Below are positions 52,601 to 60,519 of a stretch of DNA of 64,000 nt, piece by piece; within the stretch, counting starts at the first letter, position 1; every line of letters begins with the position of its first letter. This DNA comes from Verrucomicrobiota bacterium. Its GTDB lineage: Bacteria; Verrucomicrobiota; Verrucomicrobiia; Limisphaerales; SXTU01. The stretch spans positions 875-64,874 of the forward strand of contig VHDH01000001.1 of assembly GCA_016871445.1 (NCBI GenBank), given 5' to 3'. A program made the position numbers and the translations under genes. Under the pieces are notes generated by a model. The model made no database searches and was not told the DNA's origin. It worked only from the letters and a program-made list of their open reading frames with translations.

Positions 52601-55600
52601 CTAAAAATCATCCAGTCGCTCGATGTGGAGATGAAGGGAGACGAGGTCGAGATTCGCATTTACAAGTTGGAGAACGGTACGGCGAAGGAAGTTTCTCTCA
52701 TCATTGAGCAGTTGCTTCAAGGGATGGGCCGCGCCCGCGCCCGCGCCGCGGCGAATGTGACCGTGGACCCGCGCGCTAACTCGCTCATCATTTCTGGCAC
52801 GCCCGCTCACTTCCGCGTGGTGGAAAAGGTGCTGCCGACGCTCGACAAAGCCCCTGAGCGCGCTGACCGCGATGTGCAGTTCGTGTGGCTGAAGAAGGCG
52901 AAAGCGTTCGACGTGAGCGCGAAATTGGAGGCGCTGTTTAGCGAGCGGCCCAAGGGAGAGCAACCGCTCATCGAGCCGGACGTGATGAACAATTCCCTCA
53001 CCGTCATCGCCAAGCGTGCCGACCTCGCGCAAATTCAAGACCTCATCACGCGCCTCGACGAGCAGAGCAAAGACAACAGCATCCAAGTCCGCCTCCGCCC
53101 GCTGGACCGCGTCGTGGCCGAGCAGATGGCGAAGATGTTGCAAAGCATCTATCCGCAGATGTCGCGTGGCACCGTGCGAGTGGTGGAGAAATTGGATCCA
53201 CTTAAGCCCGCCGCGACCAACGCGCCCGCTACCAAAGCCCCGGCCAATGCGCCTGCTGCCCAGCCGCAAGCTGCCGTCGCGGACACGAACGCAGTCCCCG
53301 AGGTCGTCATCGCGGTGGATAAAAACGCAAACTCGCTTTTGCTCTCCGGTCCAGCATCGGAATTGGACAACGTCGAGCGCATCATTAGCGACCTCTCGCT
53401 GAACTTTTACAGCAACGAGGCCGAGTTCCGCCTGTTCCCGCTCAAGGACGCTGACCCCATCGTCGTCGCGCGCACGTTGAATGAGTTGCTCCGCATGCCG
53501 CCGGTGGCCGTCACGCCGCAACGGCCCGGCGAACCGGTCCGAACGGTGGAGCAACCGCCACGCATCACCGTCGTGGCCGAGCAGCGCACCCGCAGCGTGG
53601 TGGTGCGCGCGCGGCCTACGGACTTTGCGTTGATGGAGTCGCTAATCAAGCAACTCGACAGCGCGGGCCAGACAGCCCAGCTCGATTTTCGCAGCGTGCC
53701 ACTCACCAATGCGCCGCCGGAGAAAGTCCTGCCGCTCGTGCAGCAGCTGGTCACCCAGCTCAACCTCATCCGCCCCGGCGAGCCGCTCACGGTGGTGATT
53801 GACCCCCGTTCGCGCGGGCTGCTGGTCGTCGCGCGCGAGGCCGTCATCCTTCAAGTGGAGAAGATGATTCAATCGCTCGACAAACCTGCGCCTTATATCG
53901 AGGCCGAGGTGATGGTGTTCCAATTACGGAAGGCGAATGCAACCTCCCTCGCGCTTGTGTTGCAAAACATGATTCGCCCCGGTCCGCAGGGGACGCAGTC
54001 GCCTGAAGCCCGCGAGTTGCAAGAGCAAATTCGCCGCCTGCGCGTGCTGGGCGAAGATGGGGAGGCCGTCTCGCTTGACCTCACCAAGCCCATCAAAATC
54101 AGTGCCGACGGCACGGGCGGCGGCAACCGCCTGCTACTCACCTCCACGCCGGACAACCTCAAGGCACTCGCTGCCGTCGTCGAGTTGATGGACACGCCGC
54201 AAATCACCGAGGGCGTGAACGTCCGCATCATCAAACTCCAGCATGCCGACGCAGCGACCGTCTCGACCACGTTGCAGAGCATCTTCACCCAGGGCCGCAC
54301 GCTTGCCACCGGCCCCGGCGGGCCGGGCGCGCAGCCCGAGGGCCTAACCGGCAAGGCACTCGTCAACCCCGTCGGCATCGGTGTGGACGCGCGCTCGAAC
54401 ACGCTCATCCTCAGCGGTCAGAACGAATCCATCGAGCTGGCCTCGAAACTGGTGGAAGACCTCGACAAGGCAGTGGACCATCCCGTCACGGAAGTCCGCC
54501 TGTTCCGGCTGAAACACGCGTCTGCCGCGCGGTTACTGCCGATGCTGCAAAGTGTCTTCGCTGAAGGCGCGCCGGTGCCTGGCACGGAGGGTTTGAAGAC
54601 GCAGGTTACTCGGCTTCGCACGTTGCGCGAGGCAAACACGCCGCGCGTCACTGATGCCGCGAAATCCCGCGCCGCGCTCGCCATGCAGGCGGATGATTTC
54701 TCGAACATCCTCATCGTTGCCGCTCGCAGCGACATGCTGCCGCTCATCGCCGATGTCGTAGAGCAACTCGATATTCCCTCCGCCTCCGGCTTGGAAACTG
54801 TCCGCATCTTCCCACTCGCGCATGCGGACCCAGCGGCGGTGCAAAAGGTGCTGGCTGACCTCTATGCTGGTCAGCGCGCCGGCACCGTTCGTAACGAAGA
54901 TAAACCCGTCATCACACTCGATGACCGCACCGGCTCGCTCATCGTTGCGGGCAACGCAAAAAGCTTCGCCATAATCGAGGGCCTGCTTCAATCGCTCGAC
55001 CGCCAGTTGCCCTTCGACCTGCGCGACATTCGCATCCTGCCGCTGGAGAACGCGGACGCAAATGTCGTCGCTGGCACATTGCAGAAGCTCATGGATGCGC
55101 GGCTCACGCAGCGCGCGCAGTTGAACAAGTCCCAGGCCGACGCGCTTAAGGTCATTATCCTCGCCGATCAGCGTAGCAACGCCCTGCTTGTGGGCGGCGG
55201 TCGCGACGCCTTCGATATGGTGCAGATGCTCGCGAAGCAGCTCGACACACCCGGAGCGGCGTTAAGTGGACGCATCCGCTTGGTAGCCGTTCAATTCGCG
55301 GACGCGCGCCTGTTGGCTGCGACGCTGACGACGCTCTTCGAACAGCGTTACTCCACCGCCCGCGCGACCGACGTGCAGCGGAACAAGCCGGTGATTCTCC
55401 CTGACCCGCGCAGCAACAGCTTACTCATCACCGCCAGCCAGGAGGACAACCGTGCGATTGATGAGCTGCTGCAACGCCTCGACACGCGGTTAGACAACCC
55501 GGCACTCCAACTCACCGTGCTGCCACTCAAGCACAACGACGCTGCGCGCGTGGCTGCAATGATTGAGAGTATCTTCGCCGCGCGCCGCACCGCGCAGACC

Positions 55601-58444
55601 CTCCCCGGTCAGCCGCCCTTACCCAACACGCAAATCAAGCTGGAGCCGGACCCGCTGAACAACTCGCTCGTCGTTTCCGCCAGCAAGGAGAACGTGGAGT
55701 TGATTCAGGACTTGCTGAAGAAACTGGACGCCGAGCCGGCCATCGCGGGCGGCGTGCTAGAGGTGTTCCCGTTGCAGTTCGCGGACGCCACGCGCGTCGG
55801 GGCATTACTGACTTCACTCGTGCAGCAGGGGCTTTACCGGCCCGGCCAGTTACCCGGCGCGCCGCGCGCGACCTCCATGGACAAGCTCGCCGTGACTGTG
55901 GACCCGCGCAGCAATTCACTCTTTGTTAGCGCCAGCCCAGAAACCATGACTGTGGTGCGCGAGGTCATTAAACGCATGGACGTGCAGGAGCAGAACCTGA
56001 CCGGCGACGTGAAACTCTTTCAACTTAAGAACGCCCGGGCCAGCACGCTCGCCGCGACACTCACGCAGTTTTTCACCGCCAAGCAGGCCGCTGACACCGC
56101 ACTCATCGCCAACGCTAATCAGCGCCGCCTGCCCGCCACCGTTATTGCTGACGACCGCGTGAACACACTGCTCGTGACCGGCGGGAAGGAAGCGTTCGAC
56201 TTCGTTGAGCGCCTGCTCCCGCAACTCGATGGCGAGGGGACCTTCAACAAGCTGAATTTCCGCGTGTTCCCGTTGAAGAAGGCCACGGCGCAGAAACTAC
56301 AAGCGACGTTGCAGCCTATCTTCGCGAATCGCCCGCCCCGTGTGCGAGGCGAGCCGAACGACCCCATCACCATCATCGCCGATGCGTGGGTAAATGCGTT
56401 GCTCGTGGGCGCAAACGTTGAGGACCTGAGCGCGATCGAGTCACTCATCAACCAACTTGACACCGATCCGATGCCAAACGGACTCGCCATCCATGTCTTC
56501 CCGCTGGCCAAGGCGGACGTGCGGAAGGTGGCGCTGACCGTGCAAGGCTTGTTCCGCGATGGCCCGCCCGGCCAACCCGGCCAACAGACGCAGGTGCAAG
56601 TCACGGCGGACGAGCGCATCAACGCGCTGGTCGTGTCCTGTGGCGAGGTGGACGCCCGGCGCATAGCCGAATTGGTAAAGCGCCTCGACACCGAGCAAGT
56701 CGCGCGCGTGGCCGAGATCCGTGTCTTCCCGCTAAAGCACGCTCGCGCCGAGACGCTTTCAACCATCCTCAACACTGCGTTGAACACCAAGCCCACGCCG
56801 CTTTCCGACCAACAAAACCCTAACGCGCAGTCAGTGCTTCAATTCATCACGCGTTCGAACGAGGGCCGCGAGCTGATCACGGCAGCGTTGAAGGAAGCCG
56901 TCTTGATCACGCCTGACCCACGCATGAATTCGCTCATCGTGAGCGGTCCAGTGGATTACATGGGCCTGCTGGAACAGATCATCAGCCGGCTCGACGCAAG
57001 CTCGCCGCAGGAGGCGAAGATTAAAGTCTTCGCCCTAAAGAACTCCTCTGCCCGCGCCATGGCGGACATTCTCACGCAAATGTTCCGCATGACGGCAACG
57101 GCGACGACGGCCAGCCAGCGCACAATCCAATACACCCTTGTTCGCCCTGGCGGCACAAATGACGCCGCCAGCGCAACGCTCGGCTCAGCGGAACAGACTT
57201 CGCTCACAGTCACCGTGGATCCACGCACGAACAGCTTGCTCGTGGGCGGCACGGATCATTACGTCAAGATGGTTGAGCAGATCATTGAGTCGCTCGATAC
57301 CTCCACGGCGAATGACCGGCGCACAGAAGTAATTCGTTTGAAAAACACGCAGTCCTCCGACGTGGCAGGCGCGGTCCGTAACTTCCTCGACCAAGAACGC
57401 CAACGCGTGACGCAAGTGCTCGGCGCGGATGCCGTCGGAGCCGCACAGCAGATGCTTGAGCGGGAAGTTGCCGTGGTGGGCGAGACGAACAGCAACACGC
57501 TCCTCCTCTCCGCCAGCCCGCGTTACTTCACTCAGGTACAAGACTTGATCAAGGAGCTCGATAAGTCCCAGCCGCAGGTGATGATCCAGGTTGTGCTAGC
57601 AGAAGTGGCACTGAACGAGGGGCGGGATATTGGCTTGGAGTGGAATGTGTCCGGTGGACCGACCTATTCGGCCGGCCTTGGATTGGGTTTAGCGAACGCG
57701 GTGAGGAACGGTTTCACGGCTGCGCTTACAGGCGGTGATACTACCTTTATTCTTAAGGCGTTAAAGGATCAATCCAAGTTAGAAGTCCTGAGCCGGCCGC
57801 AGATCGTCACGGCGGACAACAAGCCTGCGAGTATCAACGTGGGCCAGCGCGTGCCGCTCATCACCGACAGCCGTGTGACTGTGCAGGGCGACACTATCAA
57901 CTCCTTCCGCTACGAAGACATCGGCGTTAACCTGACCGTCACGCCCAAGATCAGCCTCGACGGCTTTGTGAAGCTCGAGTTGGGCACGACTAATTCTTCG
58001 CTCGCCAGTTCCGACGTTAAGATCAATGCGTCCGCTACCGTACCTGTCATCAACCAACGCCGCGCCAACACCACCGTGAGCGTGCAGAATGGCCAGACCA
58101 TCATCATCGGCGGCCTTATCGGCACACAGGAAGACCGCCGCGTGCGCCGTGTGCCGGTGCTCGGCGACATCCCCTACCTTGGCGCAGCGTTCCGCAGCAC
58201 CAAGATCACGAAAGAGCGGAAAGAGCTGTTGATCTTCCTCACGCCGCAGATTCTCGCGAACAACAATCAGGATCCGGTGCCGCTGACTGATCCGGCCAAT
58301 GCGCTGCGCGAACAGATAGACCGTTCCCGCATCAGCCCAGAACTCAAGCGCAACGAGTTCAACCAGCCAGTGCTGGAGCCAATTTTTCCGGCCCCACCGG
58401 CCCCGCCGACTACCCCCAGCGGACGTAAGCCCACCGGTTCATAA
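46625..58444 (+). CDS. gspD: Giant secretin (GspD family), about 3,939 aa: signal peptide, N0, 43 N1/N3-type repeats, secretin core
   Basis: Signal peptide MNRTHPPLLALALLVGTFTLAA; N0 (IRFQFDGIPYGDVIERFAQMAG); repeats of R.F.L..A.A...L..L...D.RSN.LIV.G......I..LD; core QVMIQVVLAEV...LSRPQIVTADN...GQTIIIGGLI...VPVLGDIPYLGAAFR...ELLIFLTPQI. Confidence 0.92.
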   Translation: MNRTHPPLLALALLVGTFTLAAQDAPKAPAVAVPATNAPTKAVTIAPSTAAPASNARNIRFQFDGIPYGDVIERFAQMAGKPLLAGNKPEGTLTYNDPNAYTYGEALDTLNVVLAMKGVMLVENANYLQLVPFKELPSTPLKLLRGAAPVGDVRPGEVVTAVLDAKNVDSKEITDSLTSMLSSAGSMAVLPRGRGIIITDRLANIQRIKTLLATIDIEAPAERMMKTFALQNSSGAIVADLLNRTFGVATAPRRQEFNPNTKAMQILPPDPNEYITAVYDDASRTMVLFGPRERIALAEELIAKFEQREGPSGDVRIYQLQSTKADEIAMIIRQAIPGVAEPKETGSAAATKARVIADSQQNRLIVASPVAGQLEQIDLLISRVDKGTTGNVNTNNAPLRVQSVMLTKVFRPRATEPKDFAQIVTQALTRRDPGGRAGITASVIHDPGSKTVVISGTLGDLQTATEILTQLETGTSQPQALQTRFIEVGTAADAKRLLPLVEELYRNQMSGAGALDSGAHAKLMSDDNGRLIVTASEAHLIRVEELVKQLRGKNGVVMNRQLSIIALKNTKLDAILAGFEKLLSDRMADRRFEGQPKPSVVPDNANNRVLVTATPEQLKEIEQLVQVVDVAPATQRREMVVLPVRAKTPAEIITLATQLLAQMGGAGADPQMEPKLIPDASGKQIILLAAQKDLQRVRELVTQLDTATIQNLARQFRSVELNARSAAELTPLVTQLYQEQLKGQNEPPGGAATVLADAKNNRIMVSGADAEITRVEAIIRQLDPAGRKPARDETRVFRLRAALAAEISGLVEKSLNAQAQTVKVLVDARSNSLILSGEPDAVEAASKVIQQLDTPGDVQPREMRVMELKQGDAAAIAALATPLVTELLKSQRGPEYSPTVKIIADAASNRLIISGPRNELLAVNTIVEQLDQAPEGAGGARVFKLNNATALKVVGVVSNAMVKFDARNQPIRRITVSADPDSNSIVVAGTRQDLKDAENIIQRLDNEGIDPSSLEKPKGMKLVEVRGDADALAALATRIFTAQAGRSALTNLVSITPNGKRLIVLAPEAMLPQIEALVNSLDAKPDELQRELHPIVLKNASATELLPKVTAIYSEQSAGKTQKPATIYADASGTRLNVFGTKQQAEAIQQIADTLAGSAPATRETKLIDLGKLTEAKRVMALALQLYKDQFAANPQLGPADAQMVSDGVSGRVIVSARADQMKAIEDIFKRLELTPAASAARETRMIEVGSANDVARLLPIVQKLYAEQWKDRPETDPADAQIVADPQGGRVIVTGRPEHVKEIEGILQKLGTAKAKPQARETRLFDLTTASATELVTTLKVLYTEDAKARFGAQTPDTLIMADTSANRLIAVGDTVELEAVAGLVKKLDSSAAQSSTARVFKIKSADPAKVAEVLTTALVRFDALGRAQKRVSVSVDAKTRTLIVTGDAKELAAVPTIIEQLDQSLGEQPERKIQTVQLNSTTPNTLLSQARKLYDDQIKTQPELTVSELLVMDDASGSQLILAGSDAQLKLFTRILDDLQKLQVTPGERVTKSFDLGPADEVTRLVPLVRSFYEEKWRTRPLSDPADATFLPDTRNGRVIVTGRTNHLVEIEALLGQLRDGAAMEPRTTRFFDLTSSDAGMLVATLRPLYLEQAKLRPGAPAQNTLILAETNSNRLIVTGTANELSVVEQLVRELDKASPQSAIARIFNLKTADLAQVSEILTNAFVTADRIGRSTKRISVVVDAKNRSLIVTGEVRDLQAVGKLIEQIDASPASTNQVRSMRVFALKGRRATETAPKIRQVFEERARSLPEVGTAGAVIVEDIPGNQLIFVGTEAQLALMQETADVMDKAGTTLGREVRVFPLERNSADAVVVMLNRLFPRQTGTTDREDRMLISAGGDDNTLIVDATRTDLDKVEQLLRVMDASPAGDKTTFHAVRLTKGKAEEVATAVTESFTAKLGRGKLPRTTVTPVNGANTLLINGPNGEVENVLKIIQSLDVEMKGDEVEIRIYKLENGTAKEVSLIIEQLLQGMGRARARAAANVTVDPRANSLIISGTPAHFRVVEKVLPTLDKAPERADRDVQFVWLKKAKAFDVSAKLEALFSERPKGEQPLIEPDVMNNSLTVIAKRADLAQIQDLITRLDEQSKDNSIQVRLRPLDRVVAEQMAKMLQSIYPQMSRGTVRVVEKLDPLKPAATNAPATKAPANAPAAQPQAAVADTNAVPEVVIAVDKNANSLLLSGPASELDNVERIISDLSLNFYSNEAEFRLFPLKDADPIVVARTLNELLRMPPVAVTPQRPGEPVRTVEQPPRITVVAEQRTRSVVVRARPTDFALMESLIKQLDSAGQTAQLDFRSVPLTNAPPEKVLPLVQQLVTQLNLIRPGEPLTVVIDPRSRGLLVVAREAVILQVEKMIQSLDKPAPYIEAEVMVFQLRKANATSLALVLQNMIRPGPQGTQSPEARELQEQIRRLRVLGEDGEAVSLDLTKPIKISADGTGGGNRLLLTSTPDNLKALAAVVELMDTPQITEGVNVRIIKLQHADAATVSTTLQSIFTQGRTLATGPGGPGAQPEGLTGKALVNPVGIGVDARSNTLILSGQNESIELASKLVEDLDKAVDHPVTEVRLFRLKHASAARLLPMLQSVFAEGAPVPGTEGLKTQVTRLRTLREANTPRVTDAAKSRAALAMQADDFSNILIVAARSDMLPLIADVVEQLDIPSASGLETVRIFPLAHADPAAVQKVLADLYAGQRAGTVRNEDKPVITLDDRTGSLIVAGNAKSFAIIEGLLQSLDRQLPFDLRDIRILPLENADANVVAGTLQKLMDARLTQRAQLNKSQADALKVIILADQRSNALLVGGGRDAFDMVQMLAKQLDTPGAALSGRIRLVAVQFADARLLAATLTTLFEQRYSTARATDVQRNKPVILPDPRSNSLLITASQEDNRAIDELLQRLDTRLDNPALQLTVLPLKHNDAARVAAMIESIFAARRTAQTLPGQPPLPNTQIKLEPDPLNNSLVVSASKENVELIQDLLKKLDAEPAIAGGVLEVFPLQFADATRVGALLTSLVQQGLYRPGQLPGAPRATSMDKLAVTVDPRSNSLFVSASPETMTVVREVIKRMDVQEQNLTGDVKLFQLKNARASTLAATLTQFFTAKQAADTALIANANQRRLPATVIADDRVNTLLVTGGKEAFDFVERLLPQLDGEGTFNKLNFRVFPLKKATAQKLQATLQPIFANRPPRVRGEPNDPITIIADAWVNALLVGANVEDLSAIESLINQLDTDPMPNGLAIHVFPLAKADVRKVALTVQGLFRDGPPGQPGQQTQVQVTADERINALVVSCGEVDARRIAELVKRLDTEQVARVAEIRVFPLKHARAETLSTILNTALNTKPTPLSDQQNPNAQSVLQFITRSNEGRELITAALKEAVLITPDPRMNSLIVSGPVDYMGLLEQIISRLDASSPQEAKIKVFALKNSSARAMADILTQMFRMTATATTASQRTIQYTLVRPGGTNDAASATLGSAEQTSLTVTVDPRTNSLLVGGTDHYVKMVEQIIESLDTSTANDRRTEVIRLKNTQSSDVAGAVRNFLDQERQRVTQVLGADAVGAAQQMLEREVAVVGETNSNTLLLSASPRYFTQVQDLIKELDKSQPQVMIQVVLAEVALNEGRDIGLEWNVSGGPTYSAGLGLGLANAVRNGFTAALTGGDTTFILKALKDQSKLEVLSRPQIVTADNKPASINVGQRVPLITDSRVTVQGDTINSFRYEDIGVNLTVTPKISLDGFVKLELGTTNSSLASSDVKINASATVPVINQRRANTTVSVQNGQTIIIGGLIGTQEDRRVRRVPVLGDIPYLGAAFRSTKITKERKELLIFLTPQILANNNQDPVPLTDPANALREQIDRSRISPELKRNEFNQPVLEPIFPAPPAPPTTPSGRKPTGS

Positions 58445-58455
58445 GTTTTCCACCT

Positions 58456-58998
58456 ATGATGGCCCGCTTCTTGCCGCGGCGGCTGCTGCCCGCCGCTCCG
58501 CTTCCGCTTTGTTCGGGCGTTTGGTTGCTGGTGCTGATCTTGGCGCTCGCTGGCGGACCAGGCTGCGGTTCATTACGGCTGGGCGGCGATGATCAAGAAG
58601 TGCAGGAATTGCATCTGCTGGTGGCGCCGGGCGCGTTGCCATCCCTGGCTTCGCCCCGCCCCACCGGCCTTGTGGTGCGGGTGTTCGCCAGCAGCCGCGT
58701 ACGGGCGAAGGGCCTGCCCATCCGCGCAGGCACCCTCGAAATCATGGCCTATGACGGGACTATCCCGGACGCCGCATCACCCGCCCGCCCACCCGCACAG
58801 CTGTGGGTCTTTCCGGCGGCGAAGCTCGCGGCCCTCGCCGCTACCAGTTCACTTGGCACCGGCTATGAGTTGGAACTTCCATGGCAGGGGCCGCGTCCGA
58901 CGGCCGGCCGGCTGGTGATCATGGCCCGCTTGGTGCCGCCCCGCACCGGCCCCGCGATTTTCACCGCGCCAAGCGTGATCCCCAACGGGCTGAAGTAA
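58456..58998 (+). CDS. Putative lipoprotein of unknown function (candidate pilotin)
   Basis: Basic N-terminus, hydrophobic stretch VWLLVLILALAGGPG|C with an atypical lipobox; 11 bp after the secretin stop; beta-rich mature part. Confidence 0.6.
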   Translation: MMARFLPRRLLPAAPLPLCSGVWLLVLILALAGGPGCGSLRLGGDDQEVQELHLLVAPGALPSLASPRPTGLVVRVFASSRVRAKGLPIRAGTLEIMAYDGTIPDAASPARPPAQLWVFPAAKLAALAATSSLGTGYELELPWQGPRPTAGRLVIMARLVPPRTGPAIFTAPSVIPNGLK

Positions 58999-59103
58999 CC
59001 GCGAACTGGCCTAGATCAGCGTGATGCAGATAGGAGCTTAGTCGGCCTTTTTTGGCGAGGTCCTCCTTTACGGCGATCATTGAGTCTTCACGAGAGCCCG
59101 ACT

Positions 59104-59463
59104 TTAACGTGCAGCGCAAGCTTTTAGGGTTTCCAACGGAACGAACTCAAGCGCGTGCAGGTGCGTAGCTTCGAGGACAACAGGCGGAGCTTTCCCGGCG
59201 TTGAACGCTTCAACCCAACGCGTGACGCAGAGGCACCAGCGATCTCCGGGTTTCAATCCGGGGAAATCGTATTCTGGCACGGGCGTGGAGAGGTCATTAC
59301 CGCGTGCGCGAGTGAAGGCGAGAAACTCTACCGTCATCACTGCACAAACGGTGTGCAACCCCCGATCCTCCGGACCAGTTCGGCAGTAACCGTCGCGATA
59401 GAAGCCAGTGCACGGGACAGTGCCGCAACACTGCAGAGGTTGACTGAGGACATTGCTGGGCAT
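59104..59463 (-). CDS. DUF2237 family protein
   Basis: NVL..PL..C...P.TGFYRDGYC, HTVCA, GNDLSTP, FPGLKPGDRWCLC, APPVVLEATH; ATG at 59463. Confidence 0.92.
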   Translation of the reverse strand: MPSNVLSQPLQCCGTVPCTGFYRDGYCRTGPEDRGLHTVCAVMTVEFLAFTRARGNDLSTPVPEYDFPGLKPGDRWCLCVTRWVEAFNAGKAPPVVLEATHLHALEFVPLETLKACAAR

Positions 59464-59849
59464 ACTTGAGGTAGTAATTTTTTGCAACCGGCGGCGTTCA
59501 AATGAATCCATTTACGTCTGACTGCAAGCTGGAGTTACATTGATGCTGAGGAAATGCCAGGCGGTTGGAACAGAGGTTGGTATTTTCCCAAGCAAGTTTG
59601 AACCGCGCGGTGGTGTAAATTTATTTACATTGGCAAGTTGCTCCTGACCGGCTGACCTCGATGCACTAGGGCATCTTTTTTGATCCACAGCGGCTGTGTT
59701 AAATGTGCGTGGCAAAAGTACGCCCGTGCGGGACATTTTAGCTTCGTGGCACTTCAATTCAAGATCCGAACCGGGTGAGCATAAGTGTGGAAATGAAATT
59801 TCAGGAGATTTACGACGGGTTGATATGAGTGTTAGGGTAACTCATTCGC

Positions 59850-60440
59850 GTGAACGAAATTACTGCCCGCATCGAATCTGTGCTCGGCGAATCCGCGCGC
59901 CACTTAACTACCGCCGCGCTGGAAGCTGGTCTGCACGCGCTGCCGACGGCACCAAAAGATACCGGGCGGCTCATGGGTATTGTGCGCCGACCGACCAAAG
60001 ACGCGCGGGAACTCCTTTCTTATGCGCGGCTCTCGCCAGAGGCTGGCTTGCCGGGCGACAACTGGAGCCAAAAGCCCGCGCCTGACCCCACCGCGCAGCT
60101 CACGGTTATGCAGACTGGGGTGGCGGAGTTGATTGCCAACGGCCAATCGCTCGCGCTTTTCGGCGACAACCTATTCGTGGACCTTGACCTCTCGGTGGCC
60201 AACCTGCCCGTTGGCTCGCGTTTACGCGTGGGCGCGGCAGTGGTGGAAGTGACACCGATGCCGCATGACGGCTGCCGCAAGTTCAAGGCGCGCTTCGGGA
60301 ACGACGCCTTGCACTTCGTGAACGCCAAGCCCACGCGCTCATTAAACCTGCGTGGCATTTATTGGCGCGTGATCGAGGCGGGTGACATTGAAGTCGGCTC
60401 GCTTGTCCAGGTTCTCTCGCGGCCCGCACCGGCTCAATGA
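59850..60440 (+). CDS. MOSC domain protein
   Basis: GLPGDNW, FGDNLFVD, GSRLRVGAAVVEVT..PHDGCRKF, RGIYWRVIEAGDIEVG. Confidence 0.88.
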   Translation: MNEITARIESVLGESARHLTTAALEAGLHALPTAPKDTGRLMGIVRRPTKDARELLSYARLSPEAGLPGDNWSQKPAPDPTAQLTVMQTGVAELIANGQSLALFGDNLFVDLDLSVANLPVGSRLRVGAAVVEVTPMPHDGCRKFKARFGNDALHFVNAKPTRSLNLRGIYWRVIEAGDIEVGSLVQVLSRPAPAQ

Positions 60441-60519
60441 GCACCCCGGCTGCCTCGCACTGGCAACGCTGGGTTTGCCTGCTCGCCGCCCATGTGCCAT
60501 AACCGCCGTGCACACACTT

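Noticed and set aside
59512-59849. AT-rich spacer with short ORFs between DUF2237 and MOSC genes
   Set aside because: No recognisable protein motif, RNA structure or repeat; most likely a divergent promoter region.
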